Assembly (NCBI GenBank): GCA_964491875.1
Contig: CAZBIC010000018.1
Location: 37,798-101,797 of the forward strand
DNA length: 64,000 nucleotides
Direction of reading: 5' to 3'
From: an uncultured Bifidobacterium sp.
GTDB taxonomy: Bacteria > Verrucomicrobiota > Verrucomicrobiia > Limisphaerales > JADJPG01
The position numbers and the translations under genes were made by a program. The notes beneath the pieces were generated by a model. It made no database searches. It was not told the origin of the DNA and saw only the letters and a program-made list of their open reading frames with translations. Positions 16,134-24,888 of this stretch are shown one piece after another. Numbering within the stretch: position 1 is the first letter of the stretch; each line of letters starts with the position of its first letter.

Positions 16134-16679
16134 TCGAATGGACTTTGCGATTTCGACATTCTTAACTTCTACGAATCGGCGTGGCGTTCGCTCGAACGCC
16201 GGGAAGGTAGCCACCCTCCGATAAGACATCGCTTAACCAAACGTTAGAGTTCACTAACGAACTGAGCGCTGTTCGTGCGTTGCATTCATGAGAACAAGAT
16301 GTGGCGAGGCAGTTCATCGTCATTCCGATCTTCATAATCGATGGAGTGGGCTAGCCGAATTCATGCCAGTGAATGGAAGTTCATGGCCGGGGCTGGTAGG
16401 CAGTCGTCGCGCGGGTTGTTGGCGGGTTCGGACACAGGATGCGGGCGGATTTCCCAGTGTGTTCTGAGATGACTCCGCCTTCATCCGCCTGCCTGAAAAG
16501 AAAATGGACACCAACGCAAAGACACTTTCTTCCAGCGATTGGATGGAAGGCGGGGCCAAATCTTCCGCGCCGGTGACGCTGGGGCCCGTTTATTAAACGA
16601 CTTTAATCATTCGGGTAAACGTGTTGAACCGCACTGCTCATTACGACCGAATTCGCAGCGGTTGCTAATCTGCGTCGTG

Positions 16680-19600
16680 CTACTTGTTGCCGACGGATAC
16701 GGTGGAATTGTCCTCGGTTCTGCGCTCAAACCACGCATAGAGCACAGGCAAGAGCACTAGCGTGAGGAAGGTTGAAGAGATGATGCCGCCGATGACGACC
16801 GTGGCGAGCGGGCGTTGTACTTCCGCGCCGGCGCCGTGCGAGAGCGCCATCGGAACGAATCCCAGCGCGGCCACGGCGGCGGTCATCAGCACCGGACGCA
16901 GCCGGGTCATGGCGCCTTCGCGAACTGCGTCGAGCAGACAGCGGCCTTCCTCGCGCAGTTCGTTGAAGTAGCTGACCAGCACCACGCCGTTCAGCACGGC
17001 GACGCCGCTCAACGCGATAAAGCCGACCGCCGCTGTGATGCTGAACGGCATGTCGCGCAGCCACAGCGCGAAGATGCCCCCGGTCAGCGCCAGCGGGATG
17101 CCGGTGTAAACCAGCGCGGCCTGACGCAGCGAGCCGAACGCGACGAAGATGAGCACGAAGATCAAGGCCAGCGCGCCGGGCACGACGATGGCCAGCCGTG
17201 CGCGAGCTTCCTGCAAGTGCTCGAACTGCCCGCCGAACTCGATCTGGTAACCCTCGGGCAGCTGCACTTGTTCACGCACGGCGGCCTGCGCGGCTGTCAC
17301 CCAGCCCTCTACGTCGGTGGTATCGAGATTGATCATGAGAGCGGCGCGACGTTTGCCATCGTCGCGGCGGATCGGTTCCACGGCTTCGACGGTTTGGATG
17401 TCTGCCAGCGAACCGAGCGGCACGAGACCGTATTCGCCGACGCGCACAGGCAGCGCGCGAATCTGTTCCAACTGTTCGCGCAGTTCGCCGCGCAGTCGGA
17501 CGACGACTTCGTGAACATGCGTGTCGTGCGGCAGGCTGCCGACGGTCTGTCCGGCGAGCGCGGTGGCGATGGCGGAGTTCACGGCGGCGGCGGTGAGATT
17601 GCGGCGGAGAAGTTCCTCGCGCCTCACCGTAATGGTGAGAATCGGCGAACGTCCGTCCGTCTCGAATTCGACTTCCGCCACGCCGGGAATCTTTTCGAGC
17701 ACCGCCTTGGTTTTCTCCGCCATTGGTTCGAGGACATTGAAGTCAGGCCCGAACAGTTTCACGGAGAGATCCGCGCGCACGCCTTCGAGCATTTCGTTGA
17801 AACGCATCTCGATCGGCTGCGCGACGAGGGTCTCGGTGTTCGTAAAGCCCGTCTTGATTGACTCGGCGACGAGCTCCGCCAGTTCGCGTTTGGTGGGCGT
17901 GCGTTCGTCCACGGTGCGCCATTGGTCACGCGGTTTATAGAAGACGTAGAAGTCGGCTTCGTTGGGCGGCATCGGGTCGGTTGCGACCTCGGACGTGCCG
18001 ATGCGCGAGAAGACGCGCTCCACTTCGGGAAACTTCTCTCGCACGAGTTTCTCCACGGCGAGCTGATCGACGACGGACGCCTCGATGCTTTGGTCCACCG
18101 GGCGATAGAGCATCATGGTGGTGGAACCTTCGTCGAGTTTCGGCACGAACTCCGCGCCCAGTCGTGTGAAGACGAAGACTGACAGAATGAAGAGCGCCGC
18201 TGCGCCACCGACCACCGGCCAGCGCAGGCGGAGCGCGAGGTTCAAGGAAGGCAGGTAGAGCGCCTTGACCCAGCGGATCACGAAGTTCTCCTTCTCGCTG
18301 ATGTTGCCAGTGAGGAAGAGCGAGCACAGCGCGGGCATCAACGTGAGCGCGAGCACGAGCGCGCCGCCGAGCGCGAGCATTACGGTGAGCGCCATGGGAT
18401 GGAACATTTTCCCTTCGATGCCGGACAGCGCGAGGATGGGCAGGTAAACCACCGTGATGATCAACACGCCGAAGAACATCGGGCTGCCGACCTGTTTCGA
18501 GGCCTGCAGCACGGTGCGGACACGTTCCTCCACCGTGAGCTGGCGTCCGAGGTGCGCCTGCTTATGCGCGAGTTGGCGGACGATGTTCTCCACGATCACC
18601 ACCGCGCCGTCGATGATGAGACCGAAGTCCACCGCGCCGAGGCTCATCAGGTTTCCCGACACGCCCAGCTTCGTCATGCCGATCAGCGCGCAGAGGAACG
18701 ACAGCGGAATGGCGGTGGCCACGATCAACGCCGCGCGCCAGTTCCCGAGCAAGCCGAGCAGCACAACCACGACGAGCACGGCGCCTTCGAACAGGTTCCG
18801 TTTCACAGTGGCAATGGTGCGGTCGACGAGTTCGGAGCGGTCATACTGCGTTTGCACTTCGATGCCGGGTGGGAGTTTTTCCTGAAGTCCTTTGATGCGC
18901 TGGCCAACGCGATGCGCGACCACACGGCTGTTCTCTCCGGCGAGCATCATGACGGTGCCAAGCACGGTCTCTTCTCCGTTCTGCGATGCGGCTCCGGTGC
19001 GGACGGATGAACCGATGGCGACATCCGCGAGGTCCTTCACGAGCAAGGGCTTCACATCGCCGCCAAACTTCACGGGCAGGTTCGCAAGATCCTCGACCGT
19101 CTGCGCCTTGCTGACGGCGCGGACGATGAGCTTGCGGCCCGATTGATTGATGATGCCGCCGCCGGCGTTGTCCGTGTTCTGGCTGATGACGGTGGAGAAT
19201 TCCTCGAAGGAAAGATTCGCGGCTTGAAGTTTCTGCGGGTCCGGCTGGACGACGATCTGGCGTTCGTGTCCGCCGCTCGAATTGATCTCGGCCACGCCCG
19301 GGGTGGCGCGAAGGAACGGCTTGGCGATGTATTCCTGCGCTTCGTAGAGATGCAGCAGTTGTTCGAAACTTGAGGCGGGCTTGTTGGTGGCGTCGGCGTG
19401 CCACGAGAGCGTGTAATAGAAGATTTCGCCGAGACCGGTCGAGATGGGCGAGAGACGCGGCTCCGCGCCGGACGGCAGCTGATCGCGCACGGCCTGCAGG
19501 CGTTCGTTGACGAGCTGTCGGCTGCGATAAACATCGATGTTGTCCTTGAACTGCAGCGTGACTTGGGCGAGGCCGAACTTGGTGAGCGACCGCATCTCGG

Positions 19601-19838
19601 TGACGCCCGGCAGGCCGGCGAGTTCCTGTTCCAGCACGCGCGTGACGAGCATCTCCGCCTCTTCGGGCGCGAGCGCTGGAACTTCCGTGTTGATCTGAAC
19701 CTGCGGGCTGGTGATGTCCGGTACGGCGTCGATGGGCAGCTCGCGTGCGGACCACAGGCCGAAGCCGAGCAGCAGCGCGGCGCCAAGCAAGACGACGGCG
19801 CGCTGGCGGAGGGAGAATTCGAGGATGGAATTGATCAT
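16680..19838 (-). CDS. czcA: CusA/CzcA-family heavy-metal efflux RND transporter
   Basis: The product is 1052 aa. The N-terminus is MINSILEFSLRQRAVVLLGAALLL...LPIDAVPDITSPQVQI, and the ORF shows the RND 12-TM architecture throughout. Confidence 0.9.
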   Translation of the reverse strand: MINSILEFSLRQRAVVLLGAALLLGFGLWSARELPIDAVPDITSPQVQINTEVPALAPEEAEMLVTRVLEQELAGLPGVTEMRSLTKFGLAQVTLQFKDNIDVYRSRQLVNERLQAVRDQLPSGAEPRLSPISTGLGEIFYYTLSWHADATNKPASSFEQLLHLYEAQEYIAKPFLRATPGVAEINSSGGHERQIVVQPDPQKLQAANLSFEEFSTVISQNTDNAGGGIINQSGRKLIVRAVSKAQTVEDLANLPVKFGGDVKPLLVKDLADVAIGSSVRTGAASQNGEETVLGTVMMLAGENSRVVAHRVGQRIKGLQEKLPPGIEVQTQYDRSELVDRTIATVKRNLFEGAVLVVVVLLGLLGNWRAALIVATAIPLSFLCALIGMTKLGVSGNLMSLGAVDFGLIIDGAVVIVENIVRQLAHKQAHLGRQLTVEERVRTVLQASKQVGSPMFFGVLIITVVYLPILALSGIEGKMFHPMALTVMLALGGALVLALTLMPALCSLFLTGNISEKENFVIRWVKALYLPSLNLALRLRWPVVGGAAALFILSVFVFTRLGAEFVPKLDEGSTTMMLYRPVDQSIEASVVDQLAVEKLVREKFPEVERVFSRIGTSEVATDPMPPNEADFYVFYKPRDQWRTVDERTPTKRELAELVAESIKTGFTNTETLVAQPIEMRFNEMLEGVRADLSVKLFGPDFNVLEPMAEKTKAVLEKIPGVAEVEFETDGRSPILTITVRREELLRRNLTAAAVNSAIATALAGQTVGSLPHDTHVHEVVVRLRGELREQLEQIRALPVRVGEYGLVPLGSLADIQTVEAVEPIRRDDGKRRAALMINLDTTDVEGWVTAAQAAVREQVQLPEGYQIEFGGQFEHLQEARARLAIVVPGALALIFVLIFVAFGSLRQAALVYTGIPLALTGGIFALWLRDMPFSITAAVGFIALSGVAVLNGVVLVSYFNELREEGRCLLDAVREGAMTRLRPVLMTAAVAALGFVPMALSHGAGAEVQRPLATVVIGGIISSTFLTLVLLPVLYAWFERRTEDNSTVSVGNK

Positions 19839-19844
19839 GGGAGT

Positions 19845-20273
19845 CTAGGGCAAAGGTGAAGGTGAGGGCAGGGGACCGCTGCGTGGTGTGATGCGCACGA
19901 TGCTTCCGGGTTTCGGAAACGCGGGCAGCACGATTGAAAAATGCGCGCGACCCCGGCTGCGGACAATGCGGGGAATCGGTTGGGGCGTGAAGGTGACAGC
20001 GCGGCTGAACGCCGTGCTTTGATCGGGAGATACAATTTCGACGACGAGGTGATGACGTTGCCAGCTGCGATAGCCTGGTCCGGCGACCACGGAACCGCGC
20101 ACCGTCGCACCGTCGGCCGCGCGTTCGACGTGAATGTTCACCGGGCGAATAGCGCCGCGTGAAACCGCTTCGATGCGGAGGTGGGTGTTCGAGGGCGCGG
20201 TGATGCAACCGCCGGTTGAGAGGACCAGCGCGGTGAACACGGCCGGCCAGGCGATGTGCAAGAGGCGCATCAC
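19845..20273 (-). CDS. Small lipoprotein of unknown function, occupying the slot where the RND adaptor (MFP) is expected
   Basis: The product is 142 aa with the lipobox-like LVLSTGGC. It has an ATGA overlap with the TolC-like gene and lies 6 nt upstream of czcA. It shows no MFP or CusF motifs. Confidence 0.6.
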   Translation of the reverse strand: MMRLLHIAWPAVFTALVLSTGGCITAPSNTHLRIEAVSRGAIRPVNIHVERAADGATVRGSVVAGPGYRSWQRHHLVVEIVSPDQSTAFSRAVTFTPQPIPRIVRSRGRAHFSIVLPAFPKPGSIVRITPRSGPLPSPSPLP

Positions 20274-21532
20274 GGTTGGGTCAACAGGTTGGCGCCGGTG
20301 AGTTCCTCGATCTCCGCGGCGGCGTGGATGGCTTCGCGGCGGGTTTCGAGCAGGGTTTCCACAGCGTCGAGATATTGCTTCTGCAATTCGACGTAGGTGG
20401 TGGCGGGTACGGCGCCGAGGCGATAGTGGCGGTCGGCGAGTTCAGCAGCGTCCGCGAATTGCTTCGTGGAATCAGCGCGCCACTGGGCCATCTCCGCGCG
20501 TTTGGTTTCGTAGGCGCGGGAGGCGGAAACGACCCGGCGTTCGATGTCGCGGCGCGCGGTGTTCAGCAGCGTCTCAGCCTGCACCTGGCGCGCGCGGGCG
20601 GTTTCGACGTTCGCGCTGTTGTTGCGCCAGAGCGGGAGCGGGAACGAAACGCCGAGGCCGAAGATGCGATCCTGGCTGCCGGCGTTCTCCTCGCTGAACT
20701 GTGGCCCGACGGTGAAGGCGGGCCATCGTTCGTTCTTCGCGAGCGAAACGCGAAAGCCTTGCTGCTCCAGTTCCATCGCGCGCAGACGCAGGTCGAAGTT
20801 ATTGGTCTGAGCAGCGGCGAGTAGATTGTCGAGGGCTGGTGCGGCTGGGAGATCGGGTTCAGAGGGGCTGACTTCCAGTGCGGCGTCCGCGGAACGACCG
20901 AGCAGTTGATTGAGCGCGAGCCGCGCGTCATCGGCCTGCAAGCCGGCCTCGGTGGCGCGGCGGCGCAGGGTGACTTCCGTGGCTTCGAGAATGCGCAACT
21001 CGAGCTGTGGCGTGATGCCGGCGGGATCGCGTTGCACGAGGACTTCGCGGAGCACGCGGTAACGATCGGCAACTTCGCGGGCGACGCGGGCCTTCTCGCC
21101 AGCGGCGGCGAGCGCGTGAGCCTGGCCGCGGACGCGTGCGGCGAGGGCGGTCTTGAAGCGCGAGAAGCCAAGTTCGGCGAGAGTGACGTCTTGGTTTGCG
21201 ATGGCTTTGCGGAGGCTGAGGCGGCCGGGCCATTCGAAGGTCTGGCTCACGCCGACGCTCCACGCGACGCCTTCGCCGGCGAGTTGACCGCCGGTTTCGC
21301 GGGCGCGTTTGTGGCCGACGCTGCCGCTGATTTCCGGCGGCGCGAGACGGGCGGCGTTCTTGCGGGCGGATCGGGCGGCGGTGAGTTCCGCTTCGTAGAA
21401 GCGCAGCTCGGGATTCCGCGTGAGCGCCTCTTGGACGAGCGCCTGAATGGAGGTCGGAGCGGAGGGCGGCGTTGCAGCGTGAGCAAACGACGCGAAGGCA
21501 AGTGAGCAAATCAGGACAGGAATCAGTTTCAT
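20270..21532 (-). CDS. TolC/CzcC-family outer membrane efflux protein
   Basis: The start is taken at the Met at 21532 (MKLIPVLICSLAFASFAHA). It shows two-fold repeated coiled-coil and beta segments typical of OMF proteins (..LVQEALTRNPELR.., ..LLAAAQTNNFDLR..). Confidence 0.85.
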   Translation of the reverse strand: MKLIPVLICSLAFASFAHAATPPSAPTSIQALVQEALTRNPELRFYEAELTAARSARKNAARLAPPEISGSVGHKRARETGGQLAGEGVAWSVGVSQTFEWPGRLSLRKAIANQDVTLAELGFSRFKTALAARVRGQAHALAAAGEKARVAREVADRYRVLREVLVQRDPAGITPQLELRILEATEVTLRRRATEAGLQADDARLALNQLLGRSADAALEVSPSEPDLPAAPALDNLLAAAQTNNFDLRLRAMELEQQGFRVSLAKNERWPAFTVGPQFSEENAGSQDRIFGLGVSFPLPLWRNNSANVETARARQVQAETLLNTARRDIERRVVSASRAYETKRAEMAQWRADSTKQFADAAELADRHYRLGAVPATTYVELQKQYLDAVETLLETRREAIHAAAEIEELTGANLLTQP

Positions 21533-21669
21533 GACGGTACGGGACAAAGGAGTGCAGACATTTAAATCGATACGGGAAAACAAGCGCGACTGTCGCCACA
21601 CGGCGGAGTCGAGACACGAGAAAGCCCGAGCTGTTTCCCGGAGGAATCAGTTCAGGCGGAGGCGGAGGA

Positions 21670-22140
21670 TCAGATCAGGAGGACGGTGGAACGGGCGATC
21701 GTGACGGACAACGAAGCGGGACAGGGTCCGACGACGGGAGCGGTCGAAGTTGTCGGCTTGATGCGGGAGGCGTCGGAGGAAAAGCTGTAAACTGCGGCGG
21801 TGAAATCGTCAAAGCTCGGTGCGAAAACCCGGGTGGTTGCCGAGCAGTTCCTAGCGGTGCCCGTCCCGCTGAAGCTGAGAACATGATCGGGATGAAGGGG
21901 CTCGGCCTGTTCCGCGATGGAGGTGATGGCCCGTGAAACGACGCAATGAGAGTGAGTGATGACCTTGAGGGGGTCGGCGGAATCGTGGCTTAACACCACG
22001 CGCGCGCCATTTCGATCCATGGCCACCGAGACATCGTGTTCACCGCCGAGCCACGCCGTCAGGGCTGTGAGAACTGGGAGAATCGGTGTGGCTGAAAGCA
22101 AAAATGCCAGCAGGAGGAACGACGCCCAGAGTGGGCGCAT
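21670..22140 (-). CDS. Small secreted or membrane-anchored His/Cys protein (possible distant relative of the HEC proteins)
   Basis: The start is taken at the Met at 22140 (MRPLWASFLLLAFLLSATPILPVL). It contains ...ITHSHCVVSRAI.... It is the first gene of the TolC-lipoprotein-CzcA string. Confidence 0.45.
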   Translation of the reverse strand: MRPLWASFLLLAFLLSATPILPVLTALTAWLGGEHDVSVAMDRNGARVVLSHDSADPLKVITHSHCVVSRAITSIAEQAEPLHPDHVLSFSGTGTARNCSATTRVFAPSFDDFTAAVYSFSSDASRIKPTTSTAPVVGPCPASLSVTIARSTVLLI

Positions 22141-22257
22141 TGTTTTTCCATCTTGATGACGAATTGACATCAGGTTTAGCAGACGTTGGGGAACTCGCAA
22201 GTGTTCACCCGCAATTGAGGAGCCCTTTGCTGATTTTGACCACGCGACATGGGGTGT

Positions 22258-24705
22258 TCAGCGCACCTGACGCAGGCGGAAGAACTCATTCGATGCGGCG
22301 GTGGAGATGTTGACCTGGAAGGCCGTCGGCGCGGTGGAAACGCCGTTGGTGGAAGGACGCCAGTCTGGCAAGCCGTTCCAGCCTCCGGACATTTCCAGGA
22401 CGGCATCGGCGGGCGTTCTCGGCCAAGAGACGAGGCCACCGCCAGGCTTTGAAGCGATGCTGAGTCGCATGGGGGAAACGATCTCAACGACGCCGCTGGC
22501 GCTGGCGGTGGCAGAGTCGGCGCGCGCGGTCAGAGTCCAAGAATAGGTTCCGGGTTCGGCGTATTGGTGAACTACATGCCGGTTTGTGCTCACCGCCGAG
22601 GCGTCGCCGAAGTTCCACTCGTAGGTGACGTTCGCAGTCGTGTTGCTTGGACTGGCCATTGCGCCGAAAGGCACGGGCCATTCGGCAGGATACTGCGGCG
22701 GCACCAGCGCGCGGACGGCGAGCGAGTAGGGGCCTTGCGCGACGGCGACAGTTCCGGTCGCGAGTACGGAATTCTTCGAGCCGTTCCACGCGGCAAACGT
22801 GAACTTGTCGACGCCGACGAAGCCGGGATCCGGAAAGTAGGTGGCCACGGCGTTGCTCAGTCCGACGGCGCCGTGGGCCGGTTGCGAGATGATGCGTGCT
22901 GTGGCATTCGCGCCGGTGATGGGCAGTGTGATTTCGACTGCAGCGCCGCTGGTGGTATTGGTGGAGACGCTGGCGGCGACGGGTGCGACGCTGGAGTTGA
23001 CGTTCTCATTGCGCGGTCCGTTGTGGCAGTTGTAACAGCCGACGATCGCTCCCTGGAACAATCTCAGCGTCACATTGCCGCCATCGAGATCGGCCGTGAG
23101 CGTGCGCGGTCCGAGGGCGCGCGAGAGGACGGTGCCGCGGAAATCCGCTCCGTGACAAACGGCGCATACCTGATGGCCGTTGTCGCCGTTGATGGCGTCG
23201 TGATGGTAATTCACCCAGCCCTGGCCGATCGGATGCATTCCGTGCGGTCCACCCACGGCCGTGGTGGTGTTGTTCGGCATCGAGACGTGGCAGGCGGTGC
23301 ATTCCGCGGTGACGCCGCCGTGGCCCTGAATCTTCTCGTTGCGAATGTTGTCGTTGCGATGGGTGGCTGGAAATTCGGCGTGCGTGGAACCGTGACAGGC
23401 GGAGCATTGCAGCCCGCCGTGCCCGGCGGAGAAGCGATAGAGCGAGAGGCCGGCGGCGGGAGTGTTCGATTGGGTCGCGAAGATCTGGTTTGTCGCGATG
23501 CGCACGGTGCCGTTGGTTTCGAAGACGGAGGTGTAGCGAATCTGGCCGTTGTTCCGGGTGGCGTTTCCGGTGTGACAGCTCTGGCAGTTGGGTTCCATGA
23601 ACCAACCGACGCGATCGGGCGAACCGACCTGGCTCATGCTGCCGTGGCAGCTCTGGCATTGCATGGACATCGTGCCGTCGCGCTCGATCGCGCTGCCCAT
23701 CGCGCCGCGCAGGCATTTTGTTGCCGAGCCGGGATGGCATCGGTAGCAGGCGGCGCGGTGGGACGAGTGATCGAGGGCGATGTTCAGTTCCGGATCGAGA
23801 ACGGTTGCGTGCGTGGAATGAATCGACGTGGTCAGCGCCGGAACGCCGGGGAAACCGCCGGTGCCGAGAGCTTCCGAGGCGTGGCAGGTGGCGCAGAGCA
23901 CGGGCTTGCGATCTGCCACGACGCCGCGATAAAGGCCGCGAGGATTGAAGCCGTTGGCGGCGAGCGCGTCGCGGTAAACATCCCCGTGGTCGGCGAACTG
24001 CCGCTGGTCGTGCAGGCGCAGAATGTTCAGGCGGTAGTCGCGCTCCGGGTCGTTGCTCCAGACCCATCCGGCGCGGGGACGTGCTTCCGCCTGTGTTCCG
24101 GAGGCATGGCAGATGCGGCAATCCATTTCGTCGGAGACCGGGAGCACGATGTCATTGGAGGCGATCGCCGTGCCGCTGCTGTTGCGGGCGATGAGACGCA
24201 TGAGCGGATATGGATTCTTGCGGCCGGCATCATCGAAGGGCGTGATGGGAATGCCCTCAGCGCGAAACCAGTTTACCTTCTGCGCCACGCCGGGCGCGGG
24301 TCGGTTCGTCTGCTCGAACAACATCGACTGCGGGGCGTTGTTGGTGCCGGGCATCGGCCACGGCGTGAGTCCGAACTCCGGTTGCACCGCCGCGCCGTAG
24401 AGCGGCAGGACGAAGTCGTAGAAGTTGCCCTTGCCGCGCGAGGTGGAATTGAACGAACCGTCCGGGTCGGCCACGGCTTGATAGGTGACGGTGTAGCCGC
24501 TGCCATTCGTGACGAGCTTTCCCGCCGCGATCAGTTGCGCTTCGATGGTGTTGTAGGGCGGCAGAATGCTGAACACCGAGTAATCGCTGTCCATGCAGTG
24601 CATGCCGAGATTGTTCCAGCCGAGCAATTGATTGCTCGCGCCGAAGGTCGCGCCGGTCATGGCAAGAAGCGGGATTCCGAGGAGCAGATACAGTTTTGTT
24701 CTCAT
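22258..24705 (-). CDS. Secreted nine-heme c-type cytochrome with Ig-like/PKD domains and a C-terminal FYRL-type domain
   Basis: The start is taken at the Met at 24705 (MRTKLYLLLGIPLLAMTGATFG). There are nine CxxCH motifs: CRICH, CATCH, CYRCH, CQSCH, CQSCH, CSACH, CTACH, CAVCH and CYNCH. The PKD-like segment is YEWNFGDAS...HQYAEPGTYSWTL. It ends in ...NEFFRLRQVR. Confidence 0.9.
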   Translation of the reverse strand: MRTKLYLLLGIPLLAMTGATFGASNQLLGWNNLGMHCMDSDYSVFSILPPYNTIEAQLIAAGKLVTNGSGYTVTYQAVADPDGSFNSTSRGKGNFYDFVLPLYGAAVQPEFGLTPWPMPGTNNAPQSMLFEQTNRPAPGVAQKVNWFRAEGIPITPFDDAGRKNPYPLMRLIARNSSGTAIASNDIVLPVSDEMDCRICHASGTQAEARPRAGWVWSNDPERDYRLNILRLHDQRQFADHGDVYRDALAANGFNPRGLYRGVVADRKPVLCATCHASEALGTGGFPGVPALTTSIHSTHATVLDPELNIALDHSSHRAACYRCHPGSATKCLRGAMGSAIERDGTMSMQCQSCHGSMSQVGSPDRVGWFMEPNCQSCHTGNATRNNGQIRYTSVFETNGTVRIATNQIFATQSNTPAAGLSLYRFSAGHGGLQCSACHGSTHAEFPATHRNDNIRNEKIQGHGGVTAECTACHVSMPNNTTTAVGGPHGMHPIGQGWVNYHHDAINGDNGHQVCAVCHGADFRGTVLSRALGPRTLTADLDGGNVTLRLFQGAIVGCYNCHNGPRNENVNSSVAPVAASVSTNTTSGAAVEITLPITGANATARIISQPAHGAVGLSNAVATYFPDPGFVGVDKFTFAAWNGSKNSVLATGTVAVAQGPYSLAVRALVPPQYPAEWPVPFGAMASPSNTTANVTYEWNFGDASAVSTNRHVVHQYAEPGTYSWTLTARADSATASASGVVEIVSPMRLSIASKPGGGLVSWPRTPADAVLEMSGGWNGLPDWRPSTNGVSTAPTAFQVNISTAASNEFFRLRQVR

Positions 24706-24888
24706 AACCCTGGGTCCGATGATGTGACCTGCCTTGGTCGTCCCCGGCTGGGGACACGTCAGCATGTCTGTTGTGCGAGAGACTAGATCCTGCCGGGTTG
24801 GAAACGCGTTAGTCTGCGATTAGAAGGTTCTTATCATCGCGTTGCGGCTTGTGCGTGGGGCGGTGGGATGAGGTAGGATAGTGGTCGA

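Noticed and set aside
16230-16679. The 450-nt intergenic region between czcA and the DUF3570 operon, examined for an RNA gene or riboswitch.
   Set aside because: - I saw only a weak hairpin (AACCGC..GCGGTT, around 16627-16665) and no recognisable conserved RNA motif.
- The region probably holds the terminator and promoter.
- ORF 16332..16559 (-) has no features of a real protein.
19845-20273. The 142-aa lipoprotein, considered as a CusF-like periplasmic metallochaperone.
   Set aside because: - Apart from the two initiating Met residues it contains no methionine.
- It has no H-x(n)-M-x-M/W pattern characteristic of CusF.
- Only its position in the operon supports any link to the pump.
22154-22172. 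The imperfect inverted repeat TGATGAC-GAATT-GACATCA upstream of the 21670..22140 gene, considered as a metal-regulator operator.
   Set aside because: - It has one mismatch.
- It lies only 14 nt from the start codon.
- It is a single occurrence with no similarity to the CusR-type box at 31761.
- This is too weak to call.
22564-24786. A 740-aa plus-strand ORF. Similar very long antisense or off-frame ORFs occur at 38039..39760 (-), 54360..56054 (-), 27988..29616 (+), 4413..5681 (+), 18841..20208 (-), 36787..37926 (-) and 52765..53694 (-).
   Set aside because: - Each lies opposite or out of frame to an ORF with strong, specific motifs (CxxCH x9, NuoG Fe-S motifs, COG0523, CzcA and others).
- Their translations are Arg/Ala/Gly/His-rich low-complexity strings with no motifs.
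- That is the expected artefact of stop-codon-poor GC-rich DNA.
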